Assembly (NCBI GenBank): GCA_963664395.2
Contig: OY761159.2
Coordinates: 1,984,001 to 2,048,000, forward strand
Direction of reading: 5' to 3'
DNA: 64,000 bases
DNA from: Candidatus Binatia bacterium
Lineage (GTDB): Bacteria; Desulfobacterota; Binatia; Bin18
In this document: piece by piece, positions 50,950-61,094 of the stretch
Layout of the letters: the number at the start of each line of letters is the position of its first letter
How positions within the stretch are numbered: the first letter of the stretch is position 1
Made by a program: the position numbers and the translations under genes
Notes under the pieces: generated by a model
What the model saw: the letters and a program-made list of their open reading frames with translations, nothing else
Databases searched by the model: none
What the model was told of the DNA's origin: nothing

Positions 50950-51018
50950 AGCCGGCAGCCTAGCAGAAAGCCAGAACAATGATTAGGGATTGGGGATTGG
51001 GGCGCGCCTCCCCTTTCT

Positions 51019-52581
51019 TTACGACTCTTGCGAGCGTCTCCAGCGCAACACCGGCCGGCGGGCGGCGCGGGTTTCGTCCAGACGGCTGACTGGCGTGGTG
51101 AACGGCGCTTGTTTGAGCAGGTCGGGCTGGTCTGTGATCTCCTGGGCGATGGCGAGCAGCGCGGCGACAAATTCGTCCAGGGTTTCTTTGGTTTCCGTTT
51201 CCGTCGGCTCAATCATCAGCGCCCCGCTCACCACTAAGGGGAAATAAATCGTCGGAGCATAAAAGCCATAATCGAGCAGACGTTTGGCAATATCCAGGGT
51301 CTTGATGCCGGTCTGCTGAAACGAGCGGTCCGAGAAGACACATTCATGCATACACGGCTCAGGGGTGGCTAAGGTGTACGTAGCTTCGAGCCGTTTGCGG
51401 AGGTAGTTGGCATTCAGAATAGCCATCCGCGTGGCCTGCGTGAGACCATCCCCCCCCATCGCCAGAATGTAGGCGTAGGCACGAACAAGAATGCCGAAAT
51501 TGCCATAGAACGAGCGCACCCGGCCAATTGATTTGGGGTAGTCTTCACTCCAGGAATAGGCAGCGTTGTTCCGGACAATCCGAGGAATGGGCAGATAGGG
51601 TTCCAGAATATTTTTCACCCCAATCGGCCCGGCACCGGGACCACCCCCACCATGCGGAGTGGAGAACGTTTTGTGCAGATTGAATTGAATAACATCCGCC
51701 CCCATATGACCCGGCTTGGCCACACCCATCAGGGCGTTGAGATTGGCTCCGTCCATATACACCAGCGCCCCGTGGTCGTGCAGCACGTTTGTGATCTGGA
51801 GAATTTCACGTTCAAAGAGTCCGAGCGTGTTCGGGTTGGTCACCATAAGGGCAGCCACTTCGGTGTCCGTATACTTGGCAACTTCGTCGGCACTGAGCAT
51901 GCCGTCCGGACCGGCTGTGACCTGCACCACGTCATAGCCGCATAAGGCCGCCGACGCGGGATTGGTCCCATGCGCGCTGGCGGGAATCAACACTTTCCTG
52001 CGTGGTGTTCCCCGGTCCTGATGATAGGCCCGGACGAGCTTCATGCCGGTCAACTCACCCTGCGCGCCCGCGGCGGGCTGCAGGCTGATCGCGTCCATGC
52101 CGCTGATCTCGGCCAGACAGCGCTCAAGAGCAGTGAGCAATATCAATGCCCCTTGGGCCTGATCGTCCGGAGTCAAGGGATGGAGTTGAGCCAAACCCGG
52201 CAGGCGCGCCATGTACTCATTCACCACCGGGTTGTACTTCATAGTGCACGACCCAAGTGGATAGAGGGTCGTGGCCGCACTCATATTCCACTGTGACAGC
52301 CGCGTGAAATGGCGCACCACTTCGCCCTCGCTTACCTCGGGAAAGTCATCGAGTGCATCCCGACGCAGCTCAGCTGGAAGATCGCCAACCCCATCACGCT
52401 CGGGTATATCGTCTGGCGGAAGCGAGTAGCCGACCCGTCCGGGGGAGCCACGCTCTGAGATCAGGGGTTCGTTCAGAACCGTACGTTTCCCTTGCGGAAA
52501 AGAGTACCCGTGTCCGGCTTTCTTTGTATGATTGGAGGGCACGTTTATTCTTTCAGGAGTGCGGGCGAGAGGCGGAGCCAT
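51019..52581 (-). CDS. gcvPB: Glycine dehydrogenase subunit 2
   Basis: YPLGSCTMKYNP, HKTFSTPHGGGGPG and MIEPTETE. Confidence 0.95.
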   Translation of the reverse strand: MAPPLARTPERINVPSNHTKKAGHGYSFPQGKRTVLNEPLISERGSPGRVGYSLPPDDIPERDGVGDLPAELRRDALDDFPEVSEGEVVRHFTRLSQWNMSAATTLYPLGSCTMKYNPVVNEYMARLPGLAQLHPLTPDDQAQGALILLTALERCLAEISGMDAISLQPAAGAQGELTGMKLVRAYHQDRGTPRRKVLIPASAHGTNPASAALCGYDVVQVTAGPDGMLSADEVAKYTDTEVAALMVTNPNTLGLFEREILQITNVLHDHGALVYMDGANLNALMGVAKPGHMGADVIQFNLHKTFSTPHGGGGPGAGPIGVKNILEPYLPIPRIVRNNAAYSWSEDYPKSIGRVRSFYGNFGILVRAYAYILAMGGDGLTQATRMAILNANYLRKRLEATYTLATPEPCMHECVFSDRSFQQTGIKTLDIAKRLLDYGFYAPTIYFPLVVSGALMIEPTETETKETLDEFVAALLAIAQEITDQPDLLKQAPFTTPVSRLDETRAARRPVLRWRRSQES

Positions 52582-53942
52582 TATGCGACCTGCGTCACTC
52601 CAGTTTCGTGACTGAGCTGCTGTCCGAAGCGTTCAATCGCTTCCCGCGTGTGCAACTCAGTCGCGCATATTAAGAGACAGTCTTGGAGTTCCGGATACCA
52701 GTCTTCCAAAACGATTCCGGCACCGACGCCACGCGCTTTGAGGTGGGTCCAAACTGTGCGCGCGTGTGGCACAGTCATCACAAATTCATTAAAAAAAGGA
52801 CTCGTAAAACACCGCTGCACTCCAGCCGCCTGCTGCAACAGATCTGCCAGATAATGGCTGTTCTTCACGTTCCGCAGCGCCAATTCCCGTAACCCCTGTT
52901 TGCCCAACAGGCACAGAAAGACAGTTGCGGCCAGGGCGCACAGGCCGTGATTGGTACAGATATTTGAGGTCGCCCGCTCCCGCCGAATGTGTTGTTCGCG
53001 GGTGGCCAGGGTGAGTACAAATCCGCGCCGCCCATCTTGATCAACCGTCTCCCCAACCAGACGACCGGGCATATTCCGGACATACCGACTGCGGCAGGCA
53101 AAGAGACCCAGGCCGGGTCCACCGTAGCTGAGGGGAATGCCCAGACTCTGTCCCTCTGCAACCGCAATATCAGCCCCGAGTTCGCCGGGAGACTTGAGAA
53201 TGCCTAATGCCGCGGACTCAGGGGTCACGGACAGGGTCAACGCCCCAACGGCCTGCGCAGCTCGACCAACGGCCGCAACATCTTCGATCACGCCAAAGAC
53301 GTTCGGATAGCCTACGACCACGCCGCACACCCGCTCATCCAGGTGCTGCGCAAGGGCGGCCGGGTCGAGGCGGCCGGCTGCATCCCAGCCCAGCTCGACA
53401 AGCGACAGACCGGGGAAACCGTCCAAGTAGGTCTGAATGACCTGGCGGTATTGCGGATGCAGGGAGCGGGCGACCAGAACAAGAGCGCGTTTGGGCAAAA
53501 TGCGCTTGGCCATGAGAACCGCTTCAGCAGTCGCAGACGCACCATCGTACATACTGGCATTGGCGACTTCCAATCCCAACAGGAAAGCGACCAGAGACTG
53601 GAATTCGAAAATGACTTGCAGCGTGCCCTGGCTCACCTCGGGTTGATACGGCGTATAGGCCGTGGCAAACTCCGCCCGCTGCACTATCTGGTCAACAACA
53701 ACAGGAATAAAATGAGGATAGGCCCCTGCTCCAAGAAAAGGCAGTTCCGGCCCGGTCTGCTGTTCAGCGAGAGCGGTCAGGCGTTTGATGATTTCAGACT
53801 CAGCCAGGCCGGGTACAAGGTTGAGCGTGGCGCGCTTGCGCAGGTCCTCGGGGAGATGGCGAATCAGATCCTCAACGCAATCCACGCCCAGGACGGCCAG
53901 CATGGCCTGAATATCGTGTTCGGTATGCGGGATATAACGCAT
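52581..53942 (-). CDS. gcvPA: Glycine dehydrogenase subunit 1
   Basis: MRYIPHT, YTPYQPEVSQG and TREQHIRRERATSNICTN. Confidence 0.95.
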   Translation of the reverse strand: MRYIPHTEHDIQAMLAVLGVDCVEDLIRHLPEDLRKRATLNLVPGLAESEIIKRLTALAEQQTGPELPFLGAGAYPHFIPVVVDQIVQRAEFATAYTPYQPEVSQGTLQVIFEFQSLVAFLLGLEVANASMYDGASATAEAVLMAKRILPKRALVLVARSLHPQYRQVIQTYLDGFPGLSLVELGWDAAGRLDPAALAQHLDERVCGVVVGYPNVFGVIEDVAAVGRAAQAVGALTLSVTPESAALGILKSPGELGADIAVAEGQSLGIPLSYGGPGLGLFACRSRYVRNMPGRLVGETVDQDGRRGFVLTLATREQHIRRERATSNICTNHGLCALAATVFLCLLGKQGLRELALRNVKNSHYLADLLQQAAGVQRCFTSPFFNEFVMTVPHARTVWTHLKARGVGAGIVLEDWYPELQDCLLICATELHTREAIERFGQQLSHETGVTQVA

Positions 53943-53970
53943 GGCGATTCGTTAGCGACTGTTACGCCTC

Positions 53971-54022
53971 CGTATATTCGTCTATCCGTCTATCCGTCTA
54001 TCCGTCTATTCGTCTATCCGTC
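53971..54022. repeat. 8-bp tandem repeat (CGTCTATC) x ~6.5
   Basis: cgtatatt cgtctatc cgtctatc cgtctatc cgtctatt cgtctatc cgtc, overlapping the gcvH stop. Confidence 0.85.
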
Positions 54023-54418
54023 TTGGCTTTCTTGTTCTTCGTTAATAAACTGCTCATATTCCTCAGCCGTCATGAGCTCTTCCAGCTCTTCGGGATCGTT
54101 CATTTCGACTTGAACCAGCCACGCATCGCCATACGGATCTTCATTGAGCGTCTCTGGCGTGTTCAGCAGCTCAGTATTGACTTCCCTGACCGTACCACTC
54201 ACCGGAGCGTAGATGTCAGACACGGCTTTGACCGATTCAATAACGCCAAAGGGCTCAGCTTGGGTGAGCCGCGTATCAGGCCCGGGCAACTCGACAAACA
54301 CGACATCCCCGAGCTGCTCTTGAGCGTAATCGGTGATGCCGATGGTTGCCAGATTATCCTCCTCAACCAATATCCACTCATGTTCACGTGAGTAGCGTAA
54401 CTCCTTCGGGGCTTCCAT
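54014..54418 (-). CDS. gcvH: Glycine cleavage H protein
   Basis: GITDYAQEQLGDVVFV and lipoyl ESVKAVSD; GGAGG RBS before ATG 54418. Confidence 0.95.
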   Translation of the reverse strand: MEAPKELRYSREHEWILVEEDNLATIGITDYAQEQLGDVVFVELPGPDTRLTQAEPFGVIESVKAVSDIYAPVSGTVREVNTELLNTPETLNEDPYGDAWLVQVEMNDPEELEELMTAEEYEQFINEEQESQDG

Positions 54419-54428
54419 AACCTCCTCC

Positions 54429-55529
54429 CTATTCACTCCTGTGATAAAATGGCGGCTTCACAACCGTCGCCGGAATGTGGCGATTCCGGATCGCAATTGT
54501 CAGCGGTGTTCCACCGGCCGCGCATGACGGGGAAACATAGCCTAACGCGATACCAACGCCCAGCATGGGAGACTGGGTGCCACTCGTCACCACACCGACC
54601 TCACGTTTGCTCTTTTGTTCACTCCAGATCGTATACCCCTGGCGGGGAATGCCAGCGTCTTCCATTTTGATTCCAACCAGTTGTTTTTCAATCCCACCAG
54701 CCTGTTGCTTGCGCAACGCCTCGTGCCCGATAAAGGGTCCGGCCTCAAAGCGGACGAGACGCTGTAAACCGGCCTCCAGCGGTGTGGTATGGGCATCAAT
54801 ATCGTTGCCATATAAGAGATAGCCGGCCTCCAGGCGCAGCGTATCTCGCGCCCCAAGCCCAATAGGAACCAGGTTCGACGTGCGCCCTGCTTCGCAGCAT
54901 GCCTGCCAGATATGTTCGGCGCGCTCGGCAGGAACAAACAACTCAAAGCCATCTTCTCCGGTGTAGCCGGTCCGCGCCATAAGAGCCGGAACACCGGCGA
55001 CCTCCCCTTGGGCCGCCCAATAGCGACGAATATCCGAAAGCGCGCGCGGTGTAAGCTGAGACAGGACCGTTTGTGCCTGCGGACCTTGGAGGGCGATCAG
55101 TGCGTACTCATCACTCCGGTCAATCACGTCAGCTCGGCCACGATTGTGCGCCATCATCCACTCGGAGTCGGTCTCGATATTGGCTGCATTCACACATACG
55201 AAATAGCGCTCCTCAGCCAGACGGTAAATAATGACGTCATCAACCATTCCCCCATCGGCAAAACACATAACCGAGTACTGCGCCTGCATGATCTTGATGC
55301 GGGTAATATCTGTGACAAATAATTCCTGACAGACCTCACCCGCACGAGGGCCAGCTATTTCGATCTCACCCATGTGGCTCAGATCAAACGCGCCGACCTG
55401 CGTCCGCACGGCCCGGTGTTCGGCCAGAATCCCAACATAGTGCACCGGCATCTGCCAACCACCAAATTCAATCATGCGCGCGCCCAAGGAACGATGCACC
55501 CCATACAGCGGCGTTCGGTTGGCCATCAT
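54429..55529 (-). CDS. gcvT: Glycine cleavage aminomethyltransferase
   Basis: FDLSHMGE, RTGYTGEDGFE and GARDTLRLEAG. Confidence 0.95.
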   Translation of the reverse strand: MMANRTPLYGVHRSLGARMIEFGGWQMPVHYVGILAEHRAVRTQVGAFDLSHMGEIEIAGPRAGEVCQELFVTDITRIKIMQAQYSVMCFADGGMVDDVIIYRLAEERYFVCVNAANIETDSEWMMAHNRGRADVIDRSDEYALIALQGPQAQTVLSQLTPRALSDIRRYWAAQGEVAGVPALMARTGYTGEDGFELFVPAERAEHIWQACCEAGRTSNLVPIGLGARDTLRLEAGYLLYGNDIDAHTTPLEAGLQRLVRFEAGPFIGHEALRKQQAGGIEKQLVGIKMEDAGIPRQGYTIWSEQKSKREVGVVTSGTQSPMLGVGIALGYVSPSCAAGGTPLTIAIRNRHIPATVVKPPFYHRSE

Positions 55530-56437
55530 AGCACCTCTATATCTTTCCCCCTCTCTCCCAGAGGGAGAGGGGCAGGGGTGAGGGCCTGCTTTTCCGCAGT
55601 CTGGACGGTATTGACTAAGAGCATGGCAACCGTCAGCGGTCCGACCCCACCTGGGACGGGGGAAATATAGGCGGCCCGTTCCTTGGCAATAGCGAACTCC
55701 ACATCCCCTTTCAGAGACCCGTCAGGGCTCCGCGAGATGCCAACGTCAATGACACACGCTCCTGCTTTTATCCAGTCCCCTTTGATTGCTTCACGGTGCC
55801 CCATCGCGGCCACAACAATATCCGCCTGGCGTATGTGGTCGGCGAGATTGGCCGTGTGCGAGTGGCACGTCGTCACGGTCGCGTTTCGCCCTAATAAGAG
55901 GAGGGCTAACGGTTTTCCAACCAGGTTGCTCCGACCAACGACTACCGCGCGTTTACCCTCGATATCCATACCGCTTTGATCGATGAGATGCATGACCCCA
56001 AGGGGAGTGCAGGGGCGGAGTCCGACTTGGCCTAATACCAGCCGCCCCTGATTCACAGGATGGAGCCCATCCACGTCTTTGTCCGGCGCTATGGCCTCAA
56101 TCAGGGCCGCTGTTTCCAGCTGGTCCGGGAGCGGGAGTTGGAGCAGAATACCATGCACGTCGGAACGGGTATTGAGCATGCCAATGAGCCTAGCCACTTC
56201 GTTGGGTGCTACGGTAGCCGGCAGACGATGTCCGAATGAAACAATGCCGACTTCACGGCAGGCTTTTTCTTTGGTGCCAATATATACCCGTGAGGCAGGG
56301 TCCTCACCGACCAGAATCGTCGCCAGCCCCGGCTGCCAGTCCTGTCGTCCCGGCTGTTGCCGAATCCGGGCAATGCGTGCCTTCAGGCCCCGGCGGACTG
56401 TCTGCGCGTACTGCTTTCCATCAAGTACTACAGCCAT
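55526..56437 (-). CDS. folD: Methylenetetrahydrofolate dehydrogenase/cyclohydrolase
   Basis: KDVDGLHP, PCTP, GRSNLVGKP and PVPGGVGP. Confidence 0.95.
   Translation of the reverse strand: MAVVLDGKQYAQTVRRGLKARIARIRQQPGRQDWQPGLATILVGEDPASRVYIGTKEKACREVGIVSFGHRLPATVAPNEVARLIGMLNTRSDVHGILLQLPLPDQLETAALIEAIAPDKDVDGLHPVNQGRLVLGQVGLRPCTPLGVMHLIDQSGMDIEGKRAVVVGRSNLVGKPLALLLLGRNATVTTCHSHTANLADHIRQADIVVAAMGHREAIKGDWIKAGACVIDVGISRSPDGSLKGDVEFAIAKERAAYISPVPGGVGPLTVAMLLVNTVQTAEKQALTPAPLPLGERGKDIEVL
55546..55584. repeat. REP-like palindrome inside the folD 3' end
   Basis: Minus strand CCCTCACCCCTGCCCCTCTCCCTCTGGGAGAGAGGGG; encodes LTPAPLPLGERG. Confidence 0.6.
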
Positions 56438-56496
56438 GCTACAGTCAAGATACGTGAAGCCCTTCCCCAATGTAAAGTAAAGACAGGAGAGCATGC

Positions 56497-57624
56497 ATGG
56501 TGATTGGTATTCCCAAGGAAATCAAAGCCGAGGAGACCCGTGTCGCCATCACGCCCAGTGGAGTCGCCGCCCTGGTGGCGCACGGCCACCGCGTTGTGAT
56601 TGAAACACAGGCGGGTGTGGGGAGCAGTATTCCAGATGAGCAGTATGCCGCGGCCGGAGCGCATATACAGGGCTCCGCCCAAGAGGTCTGGACGCAGGCC
56701 GACCTCATTCTCAAGGTCAAAGAGCCCCTTGCCGCTGAGTACCCGTTGCTGCGGTCCGGCTTAATCCTGTTTACCTACCTGCATCTCGCCGCCGAAGAAC
56801 AGCTCACCCAAATGCTGCTGGACCGGCAGGTGACGGCACTTGGCTATGAAACCATTCAGTTGGATGACGGCTCATTACCGCTGCTCGCGCCGATGAGTGA
56901 GGTGGCCGGACGCTTGGCTATTCAAGTTGGGGCGTGGAGTCTCCAAGCCCACAATGGTGGCCGGGGCGTATTGCTGAGTGGCGCCTCCGGGGTGAAGCCC
57001 GGCCACGTTGTCATTCTCGGAGCCGGCATTGCCGGAGCGAGTACCTGTCAGGTGGCCGTCGGCGTGGGTGCCTATGTGAGCATTCTTGATGTGAATCCGG
57101 CGCGATTGCGCTATGTCCATGACATCCTTGGCGGCCATGTCACCACCGTCATGGCAAACCGGGCCAATATCGAAGAGGAAGTGACCGCAGCCGACCTGGT
57201 CATCAGCTCGGTCCTGGTGCCGGGCGCACGCACACCGAAACTGCTCACACGAAGCCTGTTTCACAATATGCGAGCGGGGGCGGCTTTTGTCGATATCTCG
57301 ATCGATCAGGGCGGCAGCGCCGAAACCTCACGTCCAACCACCCATCACGATCCGATTTACCGCGAGGAAGACGTGGTGCATTACTGCGTCACCAACATGC
57401 CGGCTATTGTGCCGCACACCTCGACCTATGCCCTGACCAATGTCACTTTGTCCTACGCCCTTGAGTTGGCCGACAAGGGGGTGACCACCGCCTTAGGCGA
57501 GAACCCCGCCCTGCAACGCGGGCTGAACACCATGAACGGCCAAGTTGTCCACCCCGGCGTGGCCGCGTCCTTCAACCTGCCCCGCGCCGACATAACAGCG
57601 GGACGGTCCGCTAATACCGGATAA
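56497..57624 (+). CDS. ald: Alanine dehydrogenase
   Basis: GIPKEIK..E.RV, LFTYLHLA, PMSEVAGR, DQGG and HYCVTNMP. Confidence 0.95.
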   Translation: MVIGIPKEIKAEETRVAITPSGVAALVAHGHRVVIETQAGVGSSIPDEQYAAAGAHIQGSAQEVWTQADLILKVKEPLAAEYPLLRSGLILFTYLHLAAEEQLTQMLLDRQVTALGYETIQLDDGSLPLLAPMSEVAGRLAIQVGAWSLQAHNGGRGVLLSGASGVKPGHVVILGAGIAGASTCQVAVGVGAYVSILDVNPARLRYVHDILGGHVTTVMANRANIEEEVTAADLVISSVLVPGARTPKLLTRSLFHNMRAGAAFVDISIDQGGSAETSRPTTHHDPIYREEDVVHYCVTNMPAIVPHTSTYALTNVTLSYALELADKGVTTALGENPALQRGLNTMNGQVVHPGVAASFNLPRADITAGRSANTG

Positions 57625-57709
57625 TCGTGTGGAACACTCCACGGATGACTCAGCCTGGGCGCGTACTTCGTTCCAGGACAAAGCTGCGCTTGATAGCTAT
57701 GGTCATCCT

Positions 57710-58204
57710 CTAATCCTCTTTGTTTGGAGGAGGTTGTGGCATCGGAGGCGGAGAAACGAGTGGTGAGGAAGCGCCATTTTTTCGTGCGCCGTAAACAAAG
57801 ACCCCGGCCAGGACGGCCAAGCCTCCGGTCCCGATTATGCCTCCGGCTAAAGGGGACCCAAGGACGGACGTTATCACCCCGGCAACAAGACCAGCCGCCG
57901 CAAGGATAAAGCCGAAGGTTTGTCCTCGTCTTTCGAGTGTTTGATATTCCGAGACGATCCTTATGTTGGCGGCCATGCCTTCTTTCTCAACGGCATGGTC
58001 ATGAGCCTGTTGTTTTTCAGCCATGGCGAAGAACCGCTCGGGAAAGCTCGGATCAATCTCGGCATATTCCTTCATATGGGTAGGAGAAGGGACAGGACCA
58101 AAGAACCGAGAAGCAAGGATTGACTCTTCGACAATGATTTCTTCAAGGTCTTCTTCAGAAGTGTGGGCCGGAGGGGTGATCGGGGGCTTTTGCTCTGAAG
58201 ACAA
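57710..58204 (-). CDS. DUF2335 family membrane protein
   Basis: FGPVPSP..MKEY..IDP..PERFFAMAEKQQAH..RGQ..G followed by two TM helices. Confidence 0.8.
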   Translation of the reverse strand: MSSEQKPPITPPAHTSEEDLEEIIVEESILASRFFGPVPSPTHMKEYAEIDPSFPERFFAMAEKQQAHDHAVEKEGMAANIRIVSEYQTLERRGQTFGFILAAAGLVAGVITSVLGSPLAGGIIGTGGLAVLAGVFVYGARKNGASSPLVSPPPMPQPPPNKED

Positions 58205-58209
58205 CGAGC

Positions 58210-58551
58210 CTACTCCTTTGCTGCCTGAAATGCTCTGTTCCAGGTGTGGACGACTCTCCGATTGGTTTCAGCAAAGGAACCAATAGCGCTGCGCCGAAGC
58301 AGGGGAGGTGGGCTCGGCATCAACGCGACAATGGAACCGGCCCCTTTCAGAATAGACCTGAACCGCTGCTTTCTGGCGTGCTGACTGGCGTACTGAAAAT
58401 TCATAGACGTGAGATGAGCAGAGTGAGGCTTGACGGCAATCTTGAGCCGTCTTCTCCCCTCCTTCGTAGCGAGGGTGACAATATATGTACGGGGGGACGG
58501 CTGGCCCGCTTTGCCATTAGGGGTATGGTCAGCTTTTTTCAATGTTGTCAT
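58210..58551 (-). CDS. Small hypothetical protein upstream of DUF2335
   Basis: ORF ends 5 bp before the DUF2335 start, whose AGGAG RBS lies inside it. Confidence 0.5.
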   Translation of the reverse strand: MTTLKKADHTPNGKAGQPSPRTYIVTLATKEGRRRLKIAVKPHSAHLTSMNFQYASQHARKQRFRSILKGAGSIVALMPSPPPLLRRSAIGSFAETNRRVVHTWNRAFQAAKE

Positions 58552-58710
58552 GCATGCTTCTCTCTCGCACGATACAGCGCCCGCGCATTCAGCATAGAAA
58601 CAGCAGCCTCTTCTCAATACGTTCCGATAACTTTAGGGGAGCGATTCTCTGTGTCGCTCACAATCATCGTATGATGGAAGCGTATCTTTCTTTAAGGACT
58701 TCCGCAACAA

Positions 58711-59607
58711 TCACACCCCCTGCGCTCGGTCCACAATCGGTGCCACGCGGTCGAGCCATTCGTGCGCTTTCCCGTCTGAAATCTCGGTCCCCATCTGTTG
58801 GTTGAACACCACGACTCCGGCCACCCCGGCATCCTGATAGCGCTTCAGCGTATCGGCGGACAGGTTGCCGTTGTCCGGATCGATAATAGGCGTCACCGGT
58901 ACGCTGTCAGGATCGCGGCCCGCCTCTTTGACGAGCTTTCGGAGTTCTTCAATCTCGGCCCCCAACGCCTGTGGACTGTGCGCCAGCGGAAAGTGCGCCA
59001 GCGGAAACCAGCCATCGTACGAACGCGCGACACGTTCCAGGGCTTTGGGACCATGCGCGCCAAGTAACACCGGCGGACCGTTTGGCTGTACTGGCTTGGG
59101 CTCGCAGCGGACTGCGGGGAATTGGACTAATTCCCCGTCATAACTGGCTTCTTGCTGCGTCCACAGCAGCCGCATGGCCTCGACTGTCTCGCGCAAGCGT
59201 CTCCAGCGTAGCCGAAATGAGGTCCCCATGATCTCGGTTTCTTCGCGCAGCCAACCGCCACCGATGCCCAAGATCACCCGGCCATTGGAATATAGATCAA
59301 GGCTGGCAATCACCTTGGCCGTCATGAGCGGGTCACGTTCGGGCAGCAGACAAATCCCCGTGCCGAGTTTGATCCGATTCGTCACCCCGGCCGCTACGGT
59401 CAGCGCAATAAACGGATCAGCCCAACGGTTGTAGTGATCCGGCAGAGCGCCATCGGCTGCCCCAGGAAACGGCGTCGTGTGCCCAACCGGGATGACCGGG
59501 TGTTCAGGAATCCACAGAGATGCAAACCCAAGCGCTTCCGCCCGCCGGGCAACCGCGGTCAGGTCGCCACTCTCAGCCGTCGTTGTCACAAGTACTCCAA
59601 TGTCCAT
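58711..59607 (-). CDS. LLM-class F420-dependent oxidoreductase (Rv2161c-like)
   Basis: SLWIPEHPVIP, DPFIAL, LGTGICL and PKPVQ motifs. Confidence 0.88.
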   Translation of the reverse strand: MDIGVLVTTTAESGDLTAVARRAEALGFASLWIPEHPVIPVGHTTPFPGAADGALPDHYNRWADPFIALTVAAGVTNRIKLGTGICLLPERDPLMTAKVIASLDLYSNGRVILGIGGGWLREETEIMGTSFRLRWRRLRETVEAMRLLWTQQEASYDGELVQFPAVRCEPKPVQPNGPPVLLGAHGPKALERVARSYDGWFPLAHFPLAHSPQALGAEIEELRKLVKEAGRDPDSVPVTPIIDPDNGNLSADTLKRYQDAGVAGVVVFNQQMGTEISDGKAHEWLDRVAPIVDRAQGV

Positions 59608-59798
59608 ACTTCCCTCCTGATGCTAAGCGCCGTAGCGCGCCTCAAAACACCATATTCCACACATTGGGACAAGCCTTTCCTTGACAGGGTTCTGAAGCCC
59701 CAGATAGCTTTGTACGCTATGCAGCGACACGGCCCCTTCGCCTTTTCGGCTCTCTTTTTACTCTTCGGCGTTTCCTCTGTGGTGAGGGGCGCGCCACG

Positions 59799-61094
59799 TT
59801 GAGTACCCCACATTCCGCACCGACCTCCTCAGCAGTTGAAATCGAAAAGACCCAGGAGACCCTGTTTGGCCGGTCCCTGCCGTATGCCTTCCGGGCGCTT
59901 GGCCATCGTAATTTTCGCCTCTTTTTTATCGGCCAGTTTGTCTCTCGAACCGGATTCTGGATGCAGAATATGGCCCAAGCCTGGCTGATCTATCGGCTGA
60001 CTGAGTCATCCCTGATGCTCGGGCTGGTTGCCTTTGCCGGCCAGGTCCCGACCCTGCTGTTTGGTCTGTTTGCCGGGGTCGTTGCGGACCGCTTCAATCG
60101 CTACCGGGTGATTCTGATTGCCATGTACTTCGCCATGTTGCAGGCCTTCGTGCTGGGCATTCTCACTATGGGCGAGTGGATTACCGCCTGGCAGATATTT
60201 TTCCTGGCCCTGGTTTCCGGCACTATTCAGGCCTTTGAGATGCCCGCCCGGCAGAGTTTTCTGATGGAGATCGTGGGTAAAGACGATCTTACCAGCGCGA
60301 TTGCCCTCAACGCGACCTTGGTCAATGGCGCCCGGATTATTGGCCCGGCCCTGGCCGGGGTTCTTGTTGCCCAATTTGGCGAGGGCGTGTGCTTCACCTT
60401 TAATGGCTTCACTTTTCTGGCCATTATCGGGGGCCTTCTCGCCATGCGGCTCCCGCCGCGCGCTGTCGAGCCTCCGGCCACGGAATCAACCGCGACCTTT
60501 ATTGGAGAGGGTATTCGCTATGCCTGGCATACCCCGGCGATCCGGCTATTGTTGATTTTGGTGAGTATGATCAGCCTGCTCAGCACCCCGTACACCGTGC
60601 TGATGCCGATCTTTGCCGGCGACATTTTACACAGCGGACCCAATGGCATGGGTCTGCTGATGGGCGCGGCCGGCGCCGGCGCCGTGGTGGGCGCCCTCCT
60701 TATGGCCCGTCACCAGGGCACGGAACAACTCGGCCGGGTGACGGCCTTTGCCTTTATTCGGTTTGGTATCGGCCTCATCCTCTTCTCACTGTCCCACAAC
60801 TTCTGGCTGTCCATGCTTGTCCTGCCGCTTGTGGGCTCCGGCTTTATGGTGCCTATGGCCGCAACAAACACCCTGCTGCAGACCCTATCGCCGGACCATC
60901 TGCGCGGCCGGATCATGAGCTTGTTCTTCATCATGTTTATGAGCGCCCCACCCATCGCCAGTCTGTTGGCGGGTTTTCTCGCCCCCATCATTGGTGCCCC
61001 GTTGATGGTCGGCAGTACGGGCGGCCTGTGTCTGCTCGTGTCGATCTATGTCTTCCTGAAGCTGCATGTGCTGCGGGAAGCGGAGCGTTCCTAG
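59799..61094 (+). CDS. MFS transporter (MFS_3/DUF894-type)
   Basis: RNFRLFFIGQFVS, GVVADRFNR and FEMPARQS; about 12 hydrophobic segments. Confidence 0.92.
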   Translation: MSTPHSAPTSSAVEIEKTQETLFGRSLPYAFRALGHRNFRLFFIGQFVSRTGFWMQNMAQAWLIYRLTESSLMLGLVAFAGQVPTLLFGLFAGVVADRFNRYRVILIAMYFAMLQAFVLGILTMGEWITAWQIFFLALVSGTIQAFEMPARQSFLMEIVGKDDLTSAIALNATLVNGARIIGPALAGVLVAQFGEGVCFTFNGFTFLAIIGGLLAMRLPPRAVEPPATESTATFIGEGIRYAWHTPAIRLLLILVSMISLLSTPYTVLMPIFAGDILHSGPNGMGLLMGAAGAGAVVGALLMARHQGTEQLGRVTAFAFIRFGIGLILFSLSHNFWLSMLVLPLVGSGFMVPMAATNTLLQTLSPDHLRGRIMSLFFIMFMSAPPIASLLAGFLAPIIGAPLMVGSTGGLCLLVSIYVFLKLHVLREAERS

